Assembly: GCF_009914755.1 (NCBI RefSeq)
Contig: NC_060929.1
From: the human T2T-CHM13v2.0 reference genome, Homo sapiens
Strand: one strand, 5' to 3'
DNA length: 64,000 nt
Numbering within the stretch: the stretch's first letter is position 1; each line of letters starts with the position of its first letter. The notes beneath the pieces were generated by a model that worked only from the letters and a program-made list of their open reading frames with translations, did no database searches and was not told the DNA's origin. Positions 1 through 12,930 of this stretch are shown here, one piece after another. The translations under genes were made by a program, and so were the position numbers.

Positions 1-521
1 ATGTTACTCAATTGCTGTCACCTATAGATAGAAAGAAAAAAGCTTTATTGACTAAGAAAACAAAACATTAAAAAATCAGCAATGTCTCGAACAACAAAAG
101 TCATAAAACATAATTTTAGTCCTCCATCGGTTCAGTCCCATGTAATTAATTTTTGTTCAACTTGATGTTAAGCTAGCAGTCTTATGGGTCTAGTTGTTTT
201 TTTTTTTCAGTTTTTGAAATTTTTATCCAGTGCAATTGTATAATCTCAAAGTTGTCAGAAACATGAGTACTTGGTGTAGCCTTTTCCATGAACCTCTTTA
301 AGAAACAACACTTTAGAATTTGCAAAGAGATTTTAGAAAAAAGCATCCAAATAAAGCAATTTACTACTGACAATAAGACTTAAAATGGTCATGGTTAAAG
401 ATGCAATTAACAAAATAATCTGGTCATTTCCTCTGATCTACAGCAATTTAGCATCTCAGATTTTTAGAAATCTCATACACTTTTGAAATATATATTAATA
501 ATGTACCTATATAAATACAAC

Positions 522-812
522 TTTTTTTTGAGACAAAGTCTTGCTCTGTTGCCCAGGCTGGAGTGCGGTGGTGCCAATCTCGGCTGACTGCAACCTCCAC
601 CTTCCAGGTTCAAGTGATTCTCCTGCCTCAGCCTCTCGAGTAGCTGAGATTACAGGTGTGTGCCACCATGCCCAGCTAATTTTTGTATTTTTAGTAGAGA
701 TGGGGTTTCTCCATGTTGGCCAGGCTGGTCTCGGACTCCTGACCTCAAATGATCTGCCCGCCTCAGCCTCCCAAAGTGCTTGGATTAAAGATGTGAGCCA
801 CCACACCCAGCC
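522..812 (-). mobile_element. Alu (AluS, Sx/Sz-like)
   Basis: Dimeric Alu in reverse with short poly-T tail; TSD ATAAATACAAC (511-521) / ACAAATATAAC (813-823). Confidence 0.95.
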
Positions 813-2895
813 ACAAATATAACTTTTAAAGAAGGTTAAACATATTCTATTTCACAATGCTACCCATATAATTTTGCATATCAAATAAATTTAATATGTC
901 TCTCACATACTTCCAAAGACCCTTCCAAAATGACTAAAAGTTTGAGGTAAAACAGAATTAATTTACAATTTAAGATTTTATTTTGGGAAGCCTGACAATA
1001 TTTCTAAGATTGAAAACACTTAATCAAAATAGGATCACAGCTTGCTGTAAAATTACAGTCATTCCTTTAGTGAAAGTCAAAATTAAAAGATTTCAAAAAA
1101 CAAAAATATTTACTCTTTGATAGAGAGGAGACTGAGTTTTCCAAATAATCAAAAGACCTAATAAAGACAGCATGCGGTACACATTATCTATTTCTCCCTC
1201 CTCTCTTTTTTTGGAATTTACTCAAAAGATGAACAAAATATTTTACTAACTCTTGTTAAGACTACATGAAAATGTGTTTAAAAGAGAAAACTGAATTTTA
1301 ATTTTGTATTAGTGTATTTTTAATACTAAAACTAATTTTGATAAAATCTTATAAACACATTCAAACTCAGTCAGCTTGGACCACATAAGATTTCCATAAA
1401 CTTCTTATAACGTTTTACATTTCTTTCTGTTTTCTCTCTTTTTTTTTTTGACTTTTCATACCTTCACTCTCGTTTAGTCTTATCTATATTTTTTATTCTT
1501 TGAATTTGAAACAACTCTAAATTCTCCAGACAAAATTACTTTTTCTTTAACAAAATCACATCTTCATGTATTCTATATAAAATTTGTTTTAAAGAAAAAC
1601 ACATTCTACTTTTCTTACACACTTTGTATACAGAATTATTACTCTTATATCTACTAGTTTTATTTGCATATATTAAGTACAGTTTTACCTTTAAGTAACC
1701 TTAACTTCTTGTGAAAACCTATGGGGTAAATAATTTTGAACTGGTATGTATCAAAACATTTTATGAACACATATTTTATAATTTCTAGAAACATGGGTTT
1801 TTTATAGAACAATTTTTTAAAGTGAAACAGGACATATTCACTAACAAACACAACTATCTTTTGTTTCTCTGAAATAAGAAGCCAAAAGCATATAAGCTTA
1901 CAGTTGTGTTTAGTAATTAATATTTAAGCATTATACCTTATTTGAAGATGATTTAGATATTTAATTAATATCTGTCATTTAATTTAACTTAAAACTTTCA
2001 GAGTATAGTTACAAAAGGCATTTGGAAACTTTTAATTAAATATGTTTTAAAACACAGTTATTATTAAAAGTTTATAATCTTTATTTCAATTTTCATTTAC
2101 CTAATTTATTCATTTAAACAATTAGATTTGAATTGCTTTGAAAACAAAAGTACTCAGTCTTTTTTCTTTTAAAAAAGCAAAACTAGGCTATTTCTACTTC
2201 AGTCAGTCTCATCTTAACCAAGACCTTTAAGATACTTTACATGGAACCCTCCCCAATGTCTCCCCACAGTTGTCCTGGACCACAAATACCCATGTGGCTT
2301 CTAGGGAAGCTATGAGGGGCAGGGTCCATCTGGGTCCTGGGTTTACACACCAAGTATAGAGCACACACATTTCACAGTAAAAATGATGCCTGGAGGATTC
2401 AATCCCTTCCAATATGGCTAGAAGGCAGAGCTGGGCCAGAGAGGATGGGGTTAGAATGGGCTTGACTCTGGCTTGAAGCTGATGGCCCAGGCACCATGTT
2501 TCCAGGCCTCATAATGGCTACCTGTCCAGACACCAGAATCCAGAGGCACAAATCAAAGATGTAAGCTAACAGACAAATCAATCAAGTATCAAAAATATCA
2601 GAGAAGCAACAATTTTATGACTTTAACATATCTAACAGAGAAAGCATAATCCTGTTTCAACAAACCCAGGCAAAAATGTCTAAATTAACTTTTGAAGAAA
2701 TTTTTATTTTATTTTACCAACAGTTTTAAAACCAGCTTTATTTACCAAAGACCACTAAAGTTACATGAACTTGAAAGCATTTTAGCTAGCCATTTAGTTT
2801 ATGGGCACTCATTTATTTATAAGTCAGTTTAGTACCTGTAGACAATGTAGACATACATGCATAGACACATACATACTTAGACATAACATACAGCA

Positions 2896-2902
<7 letters not shown>

Positions 2903-2928
<26 letters not shown>
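2903..2928. repeat. (AC)13 microsatellite
   Basis: Direct reading; imperfect CA-rich flank from ~2850. Confidence 0.95.
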
Positions 2929-3036
2929 CTGTCCAAAGATTATTATTTAATGTTAGACCTGAGAGAAACCTGCCCATGACTCTTGGGGTCTCTGTGAGAA
3001 AGACAGGAAGTCCCAAAAGATGGGGTCAGTGGTGCC

Positions 3037-3038
<2 letters not shown>

Positions 3039-3088
<50 letters not shown>
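3039..3088. repeat. (TG)25 microsatellite
   Basis: Direct reading; perfect repeat. Confidence 0.97.
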
Positions 3089-3090
<2 letters not shown>

Positions 3091-4523
3091 CCTAAAGGGA
3101 TCTCAGAGTCATTAGAAGTCCCCTCTCTCCCTTCATGTGGTATCAAAGATGGCAAAAGGAAGGAGGAGCTGAAGTAGAAGGAAATGGAAGAGCAAGTCTT
3201 AGAGCCAATTTAGGAGAGATTTTTAAGTTTCACACACACGAAAATGAAGTTTTAGCTAGCAAGAATTCGAGAAAAAAGATGTGGTTGAATAAGTCCACAT
3301 GAAAGATATAGGATTGAAAAGAGAACAGAGAAGGATATTAGCTTTTAATTAAGCTGACTTGACCATATAGTTCTTTTTAAATAATTATTTTAACTATAAA
3401 AGCAGCAAACTTTTTGTCCTTTGAGCAGCTGGACTTTCATGGAGCAAGAGGACAGTGGTAGCAGCAGCAGTGGCCTTTCCCCACTGACTCTGCTGCCTGG
3501 GAGGAGCTTGCCTCACCTACTTATTGGTTTGGTTCTGAGGTGTCTCTCTAGCCCACTAGAAGGAAGATAAAATTTTAAAAAGCTAATAGTTGCTATTACA
3601 CTCTAAAAATAAACTAAAGTTTTAAATCAAAGATATACCTAAGCAAATGATTCAATACCAAAACAAATAAACACATATGCGACTAAAACCAAGAACCCCT
3701 TTATGATTTTAACCAAGGTCTCCAAAGAGGGAGCAAAAGCTAGAAGCCTTACAAAATTAAGACCATTATCACTGACAACTTAAAGAAAGTTTTGCTAGCT
3801 GCAAATGGCATACAATGCCTATTTCTGTCTGGTCATATTCTGCAGTGCTTAAGACAAAGGAAAACCAAAGCTGTTTATAGGAGAAGAAAGAATTACAAAA
3901 CAAATGGGCACCCCAAAGGCTAAGTCATATACATATAAATTTAAAACAAATAATTCAAAGTAATTTTTATAATTTTTCTCCTCCTTAGTTAAAAGGTTTA
4001 CATTTCCGAGAGACTTGTCCCTTGACCTGGAATCAAACATGAGCTGCAGAGATAAAAGTATGAAATCATATCCCCTAGGCTACAAGGTGGAGTGTCTTTT
4101 TTGGGAAAATCTCTCAGGGAAGTCAAAGCAGGCAGTTTGAATATATGAAGAATTTCAATGTTTAAATCTGATTTCTGCTTTCTTAATCTTGCCAAGGGAA
4201 TTTTCTAAGGTTATGTTTCTTTTGCATCTTTTATAGATACCAATAATAAAGCAGTTTAAGACAAAGAGCTCTCTAAAAAGTTTTTTTTTAAATGTAGCCA
4301 ATTTATGTTTTTCAAATGTGATTCAAACCCCCTTTTCCCCTTGCTAGTTCAAATTCAGAATGAGAAAGGACAGAGACTCTTACCACTCTCATTTGACTAG
4401 GCACTACAGGCAGGGACCTGGAAAATCCGGCTTTGCAAAAAAAAAAAAAAAATTTACCTTTCTTGGCTGGCTTTTTGTCAGTTGTCCCAGGATCCCATTC
4501 ATTGTCTCCAAAGCGGTGATGTT

Positions 4524-4541
4524 ATCCTGCACACAACACCA
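4524..4541 (-). other. Primer-binding site of provirus A, tRNA-Ser-like
   Basis: Minus strand TGGTGTTGTGTGCAGGAT matches the Ser PBS TGGCGTAGTCGGCAGGAT at 14/18; lies 4 nt from the LTR end. Confidence 0.65.
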
Positions 4542-4545
4542 AAAC

Positions 4546-5138
4546 TATGGAGAAGTTAAAATTTTTCCACTGAGATTATCATAACTTGAATCTATAAAAC
4601 AAACTGATAATAGATTAACGGGAAAAGAAGGCATACAAATGTATTAATGTGAATATGTGTGCAAGAGAGTCATACAAAATATCAGAACTGAAAGAAAGGG
4701 CAGGGGGTTGATGCTTTATGCCATCTTGAAGTTACAGAAAGCATAAGGTCTTGGAGCATGGCAAAATAGTTTGTGTGAGGGAGAGAAGAGAAAAGGCATG
4801 GCTCGCAAAGGCCCTCTTGTTATTGAGATAAAACATCGCAGACAGCAGCTCTCAGAAAGAATAGATAGTAGCCTGTGACAACAGTTTGTCAGATCTTCAA
4901 AGTTGTCAGACTCAATCTATCTCTCCTGTGAGTTAATCTGTCCCAAATCTGGGCAAGAAAGGCCTCAGAGAAAGCCTATCTGCTCATTTTGCTAATGTAA
5001 ATTTTTCTCTACCAATGAAAATGTCCTTCATAAAAAAATCTTTGCAGGGATATTCTAGTCTGCATGCCCTCTGAGTAGCCATCTCAAAATATTTCAGTCA
5101 AAGTATATTTTGGAGTGAAATATCTTTGTTTTCCTTTA
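4546..5138 (-). mobile_element. 5' LTR of provirus A (MER34/MER39/LTR48-like ERV1 LTR)
   Basis: Minus-strand start TAAAGGAAAACAAAGATATTTCACTCCAAAATATACTTT...ATTTTGAGATGGC resembles this LTR group; abuts the PBS. Exact subfamily uncertain. Confidence 0.7.
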
Positions 5139-5195
5139 GTATCAAACATCTGTTTTCTTTACATGCATGCATATTTGAGCTCACCATTTACTTTA

Positions 5196-5268
5196 TGATA
5201 AAGATGAGATGCAGGACATTGTACCTCCAAACATGGCACCTTGGAAATTGAGAAAGCAGCAGTAGCAG
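5196..5268 (+). mobile_element. MER34-like LTR, 5' part (interrupted by provirus B)
   Basis: CAGGACATTGTACCTCCAAACATGGCACCTTGGAAATTGAGAAAGCAGCAG resembles the MER34 5' end; resumes at 10432. Start coordinate approximate. Confidence 0.6.
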
Positions 5269-5683
5269 TGTTGTAGAAAAAAGAAAAACAAAAACAGGTT
5301 TTTGTTACATGACCAGGAAAATTTAGGCACAGGGACACATTTGTGAGTAGGGCACGGTTTATTGGGTGAAAAGAACAAAAAAAGAGGAGCTCTCAGCAAA
5401 GTGACAAAGAGTTCTGCTATCAGGTCTCCCACCTCACAGATTGAATCCCACGCCACCACACAGTAACTGAAGAGACCAGGCTCCTCCCTGTTGCAAATGG
5501 TGCAAACTTCCCCTAGGTCCACCCTCTTCCCCCAGTGCACAGGTGGGCATTATTCAGAGAGAATCAGTTGGGAAAGGGCAGGCTTCATCCAGGACCAGCA
5601 GTCCGTTTTTTCAGCCTTCATGCTGTTTTAGGCTTGAAGTTGTGGTTTCGCTAGAGACCCTTGGCTGTCTCCTGTCTCTATCA
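5269..5683 (-). mobile_element. 3' LTR of provirus B (MER61/LTR20-like ERV1 LTR)
   Basis: TG...CA termini; minus-strand start TGATAGAGACAGGAGACAGCCAAGGG; direct repeat of 10024-10431; degenerate PPT adjacent at 5684-5695. Confidence 0.88.
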
Positions 5684-8600
5684 TTTCCCGCTGTAAAGAA
5701 GTATACCTAACTGCCATTAGGATAAGGATAAGGATGAAGACTGATCTTAGCTGCATCCTGGTGACAGGGGGTGCTGTTTTAGGAAAAAGGCAGTCAGAGC
5801 TCCCTCAGAGGCCTGTGTAAGGATTGCCAGCAAAAGGGGCCATCATCTGAGCTCCTGTTGCATGACCACTGGAAGTTTGATGGCCTGAAGAGACAAATCG
5901 GATTATTAGAAAACATATATTAAAATAAAACAAGGGATGGGTAAGGACAGCTCAAAAATCTCAAGGCCTTTTACCAGTTTTAACAGAGAGAGGGAGGCCA
6001 AAAGCCCAGCCGGCAAAAAACACTTTTACCCTATGGCCAGCATGTCAGGCTTCTGAGCTTCCTTGCTTTGAGTTCAATCCTAAACCAACTAATTTAAGGC
6101 TTAGGAAGTTAACTTTTCCCATTTTGGAGGATGCGTCTGAGGGAAGTGACCCATAGTACGAAGATGCAATTGCCTATCAGTGAAGAGAGGACACAGGAAG
6201 AGAAAGGAAAAATGAAGGCTTTTTTTTTTCAAAGGCATTCCAGGGATTCAGGATGCATTTGAAAGGGGTACAGACGGAAGATGAATGACTACTCATCTAG
6301 AAAGAGTGGGGAAGACATCCCTGGGTCCTTTCTCTTCCTAGCAAATACCCAAGGTATATCAGGGAAGGAAAGTGAGGCATTCCTCTTTTTTTCCTCCGTC
6401 CTTGTATCCCTGATTACAGGTGACTGCAACAGGGTACTGCCCCTGAGTGTCAAAGTGGTTTTCACCCATGTTAACAGGGGGGCCTCTGGGGTGGGAGTAT
6501 CTGCTCTTACCTACGTATGCCGTATCTCCCTGCTGTTAGTAGCCTTTGAGTTCCCTAGACCTCATTTATGCCATGGATACTAGCATGAAATTTGTCCATG
6601 AAATGGGAAACTTGGCTTAATCAGCAAGAATCAGTCATGCTAACCTGCACTGTGCCTTTTAACCTCCGTTATTTTCTGTCTCTGGATCCCTCAGATCCAA
6701 TTTTCTTGCCTAGGGCTTTTACCTGAAGCTTGGAATTGAGTTTGGGACAAAAATATGTCTTGTGTGGGCATTGCATGGACTTTTTATCATAGGCTGAATG
6801 CTAAGGTGAAGCTGTGGAATTGAGTCCCCCTCCAACAAGGGAAAGAAAAGAATGTCTTGTGACATGCCCAGATAACTGGTAGCTACAGTTATGCTTGCTA
6901 AGATTTGGGTGCATGGAGCTTGGCTTTGGGTAACTTCCTTGGTCTTACTTTTGCAAAAAGGAAACCTCTGGGTGATGGGCACCCTATTTATTCCCATCAC
7001 CTGGCAGGATTTGCAGGATAAATTCTCAAAACTAGAATATTAATCCAGATTTTTACATCACCTGTCCTTTTTGTTCTTTCTGAGCTGCAGGTGGAGACTG
7101 TTGGTTGGTTCACAGGAATAAGTAGGGTTAGTCTAAAATGTAGGCAAAAACTTGGAAACAACTAATGAGTCTAGAATTAAATGAAAATGTATGATAAGTT
7201 TTGAAACATAATTTTTGTCTCTCTAGTCCTCATTTTTGTTAAAAACCAAATCATGATAAGACTGAGTTGTTTGCAAAGTAGACTTTAGTCTTATACTTGG
7301 CCTGATTATTTGCATAAAGTGCAGCCAGAATAATTATTTCTACATAGGCCTGTTAGATTAGCTTTGTTGGAACTCTGTTCCACAAGGAATCTCAGATAAG
7401 ACCTTTTAAAGCCAAACCTGGCCATGGGTTTGTATCCTCAAATATTTGTGAGTTGGGTAATCCTTTCCTCTTAAAGTCCCAAGATAAACTTGGAGCTCCT
7501 GGGCCTGTCAGAAAGTGACATACTTTACTTACCATAGATCAGGAACTCTGTACACATACTGCATAGACAAGGGTGTGAGGCCAGTTTCCCCAGGGGTTTT
7601 TTAAATCAGCTCTGCAAGTCAAGCTTGACTACTTAAAGGGAATCATACCCTTCTAGTCAAAGCCTTGGTAAAACAACCAATTTATCCAGTTGCATCCTGT
7701 TGCAAAAGAAAATGGATTCTTATTGCACTGATGCAAACAGCTATATTGCCATAAGTTAAGAACATTCACAACTAGTTTCCAAATTCAGGAGAAGCCAGGC
7801 AGAGAGAGAAAAACAAATTTGCTCCAAATTTTGTTCACAGGAGTATAACTTACTCAATTATTAGAGGCCATAAGTAGTTCAAAATAAGTTTCCTTGATTC
7901 TAAAAAGCGAAACAAGGATCAGCAATATTCCAAGCAATAGTCAAAAAGATTGCTTCAGTTTTCTATGAGTTCAGTCCGTTTAGTTAGTTGTTTCACTTGA
8001 TATTTGTGAACCTTTCAACTCTTCATGAGTTCTGTACCTTTTTTCCTTTATTCCAATATCACAATCTCCATAGTTATCAGAAACCTGTGTTTGAGAGCAC
8101 CTGTCAGAGTTCTATAGCTGAGTATAAGCCATCTTTTGAAAATGATCAAAACAAGATAATAATTGTCTGTGAATAACAAAATGTCTAGGGTAGTTAGAGT
8201 TAGAAATGCAATTGACAAAGAAGTTTGGTTATCTCTGTGGTTTACAATAACTTAACAACCTGAATTATGATTCATAGCATATACTTTAGACATTAGAATT
8301 TTTTGAAGTATCTTACAATTTTGGAACATATACTAATATCATTCACCAAAATGTAACCTAAAGAAGATTGAACACCATTTTGGCAATCCCACGTACCTAA
8401 ACATGTCAAATAATCTTGTTTACCTCTCTTTTGGGTACTCCAGGAGCCTCTGTAGCACCCAAAAGCCAGGCATCAGGAAAGACAATTTTGAAACTGAAGT
8501 TTGATTTTGGAAAGCATGTCAAATGTTAGAGGTTTAAAACACTTGATGTTATGAAATAGAATTCCAGAGTACCATAAGTTATTTATTTTGCCAAAACAAT

Positions 8601-9999
8601 GACTCAGAAATTTTAAAAAACAAAACCATTTTATAACCCTTTACAAATTTTTCTAAAAAGAAGATTAGTGCCTTAAGAGTACCTTGTTGTGCTTTTATTT
8701 CAATGCTCAATTTACAGAAAATACATATAATATCCTTTTGAATTTAGTTAACGTGAACACACATGAAATTTTTGCAAGATTAATTAGTATAAATATTCCA
8801 CTGTTTATTTAAACCTTCAGCTTTATCTTATCTAATTCAAAACAATTCTTTAATCCTGGGCAAAAATTTAGATTTCGATGACACCTGCATTCTACCAATA
8901 ATCTTTAAGTCTGCTTTTATGTCTCAAAGATTAAAGTCCAATGAACTGAATGGTACCACAGCTTTTATCTTCCCTTTAAAACTATCTGATCCAAGTGCTT
9001 ATTTTCCTTTAGGCCAATTAACTAGAGCCCTTTTTAATAGACATTACACACAACACATATAAACTACACAGACAAGCAGACAAAAACTCAGCAGTCATAA
9101 GATTTTTCATTTGTCAATCCCTAATTAGATTATTGGCCTCTCATGCATGTATTAAGAGTTACAAAACAAGAAAGCTACTCAGAGAAAGGAAGATTTAAAA
9201 CAAAGGCTAGAATTTGTTCATGGAGGGGAAGAGAATCAGCAAATGGCAAAAGTACTCATTCCCTAAGCCAGGGTTGAACCTGGGCACCATTGTAAAATGG
9301 TGGATGCTAGAACCAAACATTGCCACATGGTTACAGGTCATGCTCACAAGGTTGTAAAACAAGATGGAGGCCTCTAGCAAAATTTGCTACTGACCATACA
9401 GAAAATCATGCAAAGTACACCTGACTGGCTACAGCTTAAGACCAGCCTCACAAATGCTTTTTCATAATTAAAAGTTTACAGAGAATATAAACAGTGATCC
9501 TGGACTAGTCAAATGTCTTCTGAAAGGAAAAAGGGTAAAGAAAAGGAAAAAAAAAGTTAAAAAGCAGGATTGGAAAGACGTTTTGTGGAAGAAACTCTTA
9601 TTCGTATACAAATGGATTCCTTTCCCCTGTCTCAGACTGAGCAGGAGCCTGGACAGCTAGCTGCACAGGGCCCGGGCCTCAGAGGCCATCTTGGGGCCTA
9701 GGCAGTGGCATTGGCTCATTCCCATCCTGTGCAGCTGTTGGACACAGCACACACATGCAGCAGACACTGCACCCCCACCAGGATGGAAAGGGAGTAGGGA
9801 GTCACCACTTGCACAACAGTCCTGTGAGCTTGCCTTCAGCAGTTGGTTGGGGTGGGTGTGGACCACCTTCTATATTGTAAAATAAAAAAAGATGGATGCT
9901 ATTACTGTCCAAAGGAAAGAATAAAAACGCCAGAGGACCAAAAAGCCCAGAAACAAAAGTGAGAGGTTTGGGGTCCACATTTTGCTCACCCTTTCTCAG
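5684..9999 (-). mobile_element. ERV1 internal region of provirus B (MER61-int/HUERS-P3-like, non-coding)
   Basis: Lies between paired LTRs; splice donor AGG|GTGAGC on the minus strand at ~9984-9992 just inside the PBS; partial homology to proviruses A and C; no long ORF. Confidence 0.82.
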
Positions 10000-10019
10000 G
10001 TCTCATGTTCTGGGAGCCA
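10000..10019 (-). other. Primer-binding site of provirus B, tRNA-Lys-like
   Basis: Minus strand TGGCTCCCAGAACATGAGAC resembles the Lys PBS TGGCGCCCGAACAGGGAC with indels; 4 nt from the LTR. Confidence 0.55.
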
Positions 10020-10023
10020 AAAA

Positions 10024-10431
10024 TGTTATAGAAAAGAAACGGGTTTTTGTCACATGACCAGGAAAATTTAGACACAGGGACATATTGTAGGGTGAGCAGG
10101 GAAGGTTTATTGGGTAAAAAGAAAAAAGAAAAGAGGAAATCTCAGAAAAGCGCAAGAAAGTCCTACTAGCAGATTTCCCATCTCACAGATTGAATCCCAG
10201 GCCACCACACAGGAACTGAAGAGGCCCGGCTCCTCCCCACTGCAAATGGGGCAAACTTCCCCTGGCTCGACCCACTTCCCCCAGTGCACAGATGGGCATT
10301 ATTCAGAGAGAATCAGTTGGGAAAGGGTGGGTTTCATCTGGAACTAGCAGTCTGGTTTTTCAGCCTTCAGGCTGTTTTAGGCTGAAGGCAGGGTTTCATC
10401 GGGGACCCTTGGCTGTCTCCTGTCTCTATCA
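10024..10431 (-). mobile_element. 5' LTR of provirus B
   Basis: Paired with 5269-5683; the whole provirus is flanked by a 4-bp TSD GCAG (5265-5268) / GCAA (10432-10435). Confidence 0.88.
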
Positions 10432-10855
10432 GCAAAAATGTCAATCTGATCTTTTTCTGCGTTCTATGTGAGAGCTGGCTAGGAAAAAATTCTCCCATCA
10501 ATTTCCCCTGAAAGTACATCATAAAACCTAGTTGCTTTTCCCTATAACTGGAGGAAAAGAATGAAGAAGACACAGAGATGCCAAGAAAAATCTTAGCAAA
10601 CTTGCCCTCCTAAATTTTCCCCAGATTATTAACATTATATCATACCCAATTTTGTCTGATAATATGTCTACGTGACTGTCCTCTCTTTTTCCAAAACTAA
10701 GCTTTGGATCTTCATTTCTGAAGGCTCCCAAGTCATGTAAAACTTTTATTAAATAAATTTATTTTTTTATCTTGCTAATATATCTTTTGTTATGGGGATG
10801 TCAGCCATGAACCTTGCAATGAGTGAGAAAAACATATTACTTTTTCTCCGCTACA
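10432..10855 (+). mobile_element. MER34-like LTR, 3' part
   Basis: TCTTCATTTCTGAAGGCTCC...ATTAAATAAATTT...GTCAGCCATGAACCTTGC...CTACA is the typical MER34 3' end with poly-A signal and CA terminus. Confidence 0.75.
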
Positions 10856-11726
10856 CTATTTTTGATTTTTTTTATCCCTTATACTTTATGTGAACTTCGA
10901 CAAGTCATTTACACTTTCAGGACCTTAGGGTTATGTATAAATTGAAGGGGTGGGAATATACTTCCATTTAGGAGATGTTTTAGCTGTGTCCTTAGTTTCC
11001 TGAGTTAGTGTTCAAAAGACATTTGTACTGTGGACAGCATGCACTATTAATACTACATGAGTGACATTGTAAGTTAGGGGGACTTTGTTAGCCTGAGAAT
11101 TTGCACACTGCTTCCTTGGAAAATCGCTTAAAATTCCAAATGAAATTCTGGAACCTTGCCTTCCCACCTCAACCACATGGATTATATGATCCTGAAAGTC
11201 GTCATGGCAAGATAATTTGTAGTTAAAATGCATAAACCAATTATTAGAAAAATGGGTTTTAACAGACCTTTATAAGTACAATTTTCTTTACACAAAAATT
11301 AAATAAGCAATAAAACAATGAAAATAAACTGTCATTGGCATTTCAAGTCCTAAAATAACAATAATTGGTGTTGCACCAGTAGTTCCAATTTACCATCTCT
11401 TGCTGACTGGAAATGATCCACAATCAGAGCTTTGTATACGGCTGAGCAGGTTGTATATCACACAATACCAGTGGATGCCATTCACAACATAATCCATGAG
11501 GCACAAGATTAATGGTCTACAAGGCAGCTTTGTTCAAAATATTTCTTCCTCATCTTTTAATAAAAATAATTGGTCTTCAATTTGTGGTAGGTAACATTCA
11601 TAAAGTTTTATCTGGAATTTGCTCTAAATATTCAATGCCTTTGAATTTTATGACTCCCAAGGCTGTCCCAGGAGTAATTTGAATGCTTAAAATTAAAAAA
11701 TAGAAGTTTTGTTCTTCTTAAACACT

Positions 11727-12250
11727 ATTTTATTGAAATATAATTGATACACCCAAACTGTACATATTTAATGTATACATTTTGATGAGTTATGCATACA
11801 CCTGTATAACCATCACCACTATCAAGGTAATAAACACATTTATCTTCTCCAAAAGATCCTTGTGCCACTTTATTTGTTTGTGGTAACAAACTTAACATGA
11901 TTTCTACTCTTTTAAAATTTAAGTGCAAAATACCCTATTGTTTACTGTAAGCACTATGTTGTACAACAGGTCTCTAGAATTTATTCATCTTGCAGAACCA
12001 AAACTTAATACCTATTGATCAACGACTCCTCATTTTCCCCTCTAAGCACGTGGCAACTACCATTGTACTCTCTGCTTCTGTAAGTTTGACTATTTCAGAT
12101 TCCTCATGTGAGTGGAATCATGCAGTATTTATTCTTCTGTGAAGGGCTTATTTCACTTAGCACAATATCCTCCAGATTCATTCATTTAGTCATATATGGC
12201 AGGAGTGCCTTATTTTTTAAGGTGAAATAATATTCCATTGTATTTATATT
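11727..12250 (-). mobile_element. L1MA-type LINE 3' end fragment
   Basis: L1M 3' UTR motifs (GTACATATTTAATGTATACA; GTGGAATCATGCAGTATTT; CTTATTTCACTTAGCA). Confidence 0.85.
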
Positions 12251-12679
12251 TGTCATTCTTTAGGTACTAAGTCTTTATGCATGTATTTCCTCAAGCCACT
12301 TTAATTCTTCCATGAGAGCTTTATGCCAAAGCACATGGTTAAGCTGACTTAAGTGTCTTGATTCTGCTTACACAAGTCTTAGCTCATTTTTTCCCTCACA
12401 GACAGGCCCAGTAAACAGAGCCCAAGTTTCCAACTTACTTTGCTTCAGATTACTTTCTCTCTTCCAAAGCTGCTGAATTGGAAAAAATCAAACATAATCT
12501 GACATCTGTTTCACCTCTCTGTTTTTAAAACTCCAGATAGGTTGTCAAATTATTCATCATAGAAATGATGTAGAGTTAGCAACTATTTGATTTTCTTTCT
12601 TTAATCACAGTGTTAGAAATACTATGCATTATGTAGGAAACAGTTAACTGTACCATAATCGTGAGGCTGACTTGCAGAA

Positions 12680-12930
12680 TGTTAAAGCTGTACTTTGAGG
12701 ACAGATAGACTTGAAACCTAAGTTTAAATCCCACATATACTGTTCTACTTGCCAGCTATGTATCCTTGACAGCTATGTATTCTTAACTTGTGAAGGACTC
12801 AACAATCTGACCTGTAAAATGGGGATGATTATGATAGTTTTCACTGTAGTTAATCATTTTGAGAATTAAATTTAAAAATGCATGAAAAAACCTTAGTACT
12901 ATATTTTGTTCACATTAAAATTAAAATATT
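12680..12930 (+). mobile_element. MIR
   Basis: MIR core ...TTTAAATCCC...CTGTAAAATGGGGATGAT; contains a small internal duplication CAGCTATGTAT x2. Confidence 0.7.

Larger units (their letters stand above)
1..4523 (-). mobile_element. ERV1 (MER4-group) non-coding internal region, provirus A; continues beyond the left window edge
   Basis: Colinear similarity with the other two proviral internals (e.g. 1-160 vs 24880-25040 vs 7845-7990; 2530-2790 vs 26990-27210). Ends at a PBS and LTR at 4524-5138. No intact gag/pol/env ORF. Confidence 0.8.

Noticed and set aside
507-822. 99-aa and 93-aa ORFs (also 32861-33163, 42378-42740, 59995-60198)
   Set aside because: These are translations of Alu sequence, not genes.
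5193-10289. Two similar ORFs beginning MHWGK (5193-5540 and 10107-10289) resembling paralogous genes
   Set aside because: They are the same frame read through the two LTRs of provirus B.
11425-11530. Possible MER91-like hAT fragment; also faint L2/MIR traces (e.g. ~36820-37110, 39650-39770, 40160-40440, 58170-58230, 62240-62690)
   Set aside because: Too diverged to delimit or name reliably by eye.
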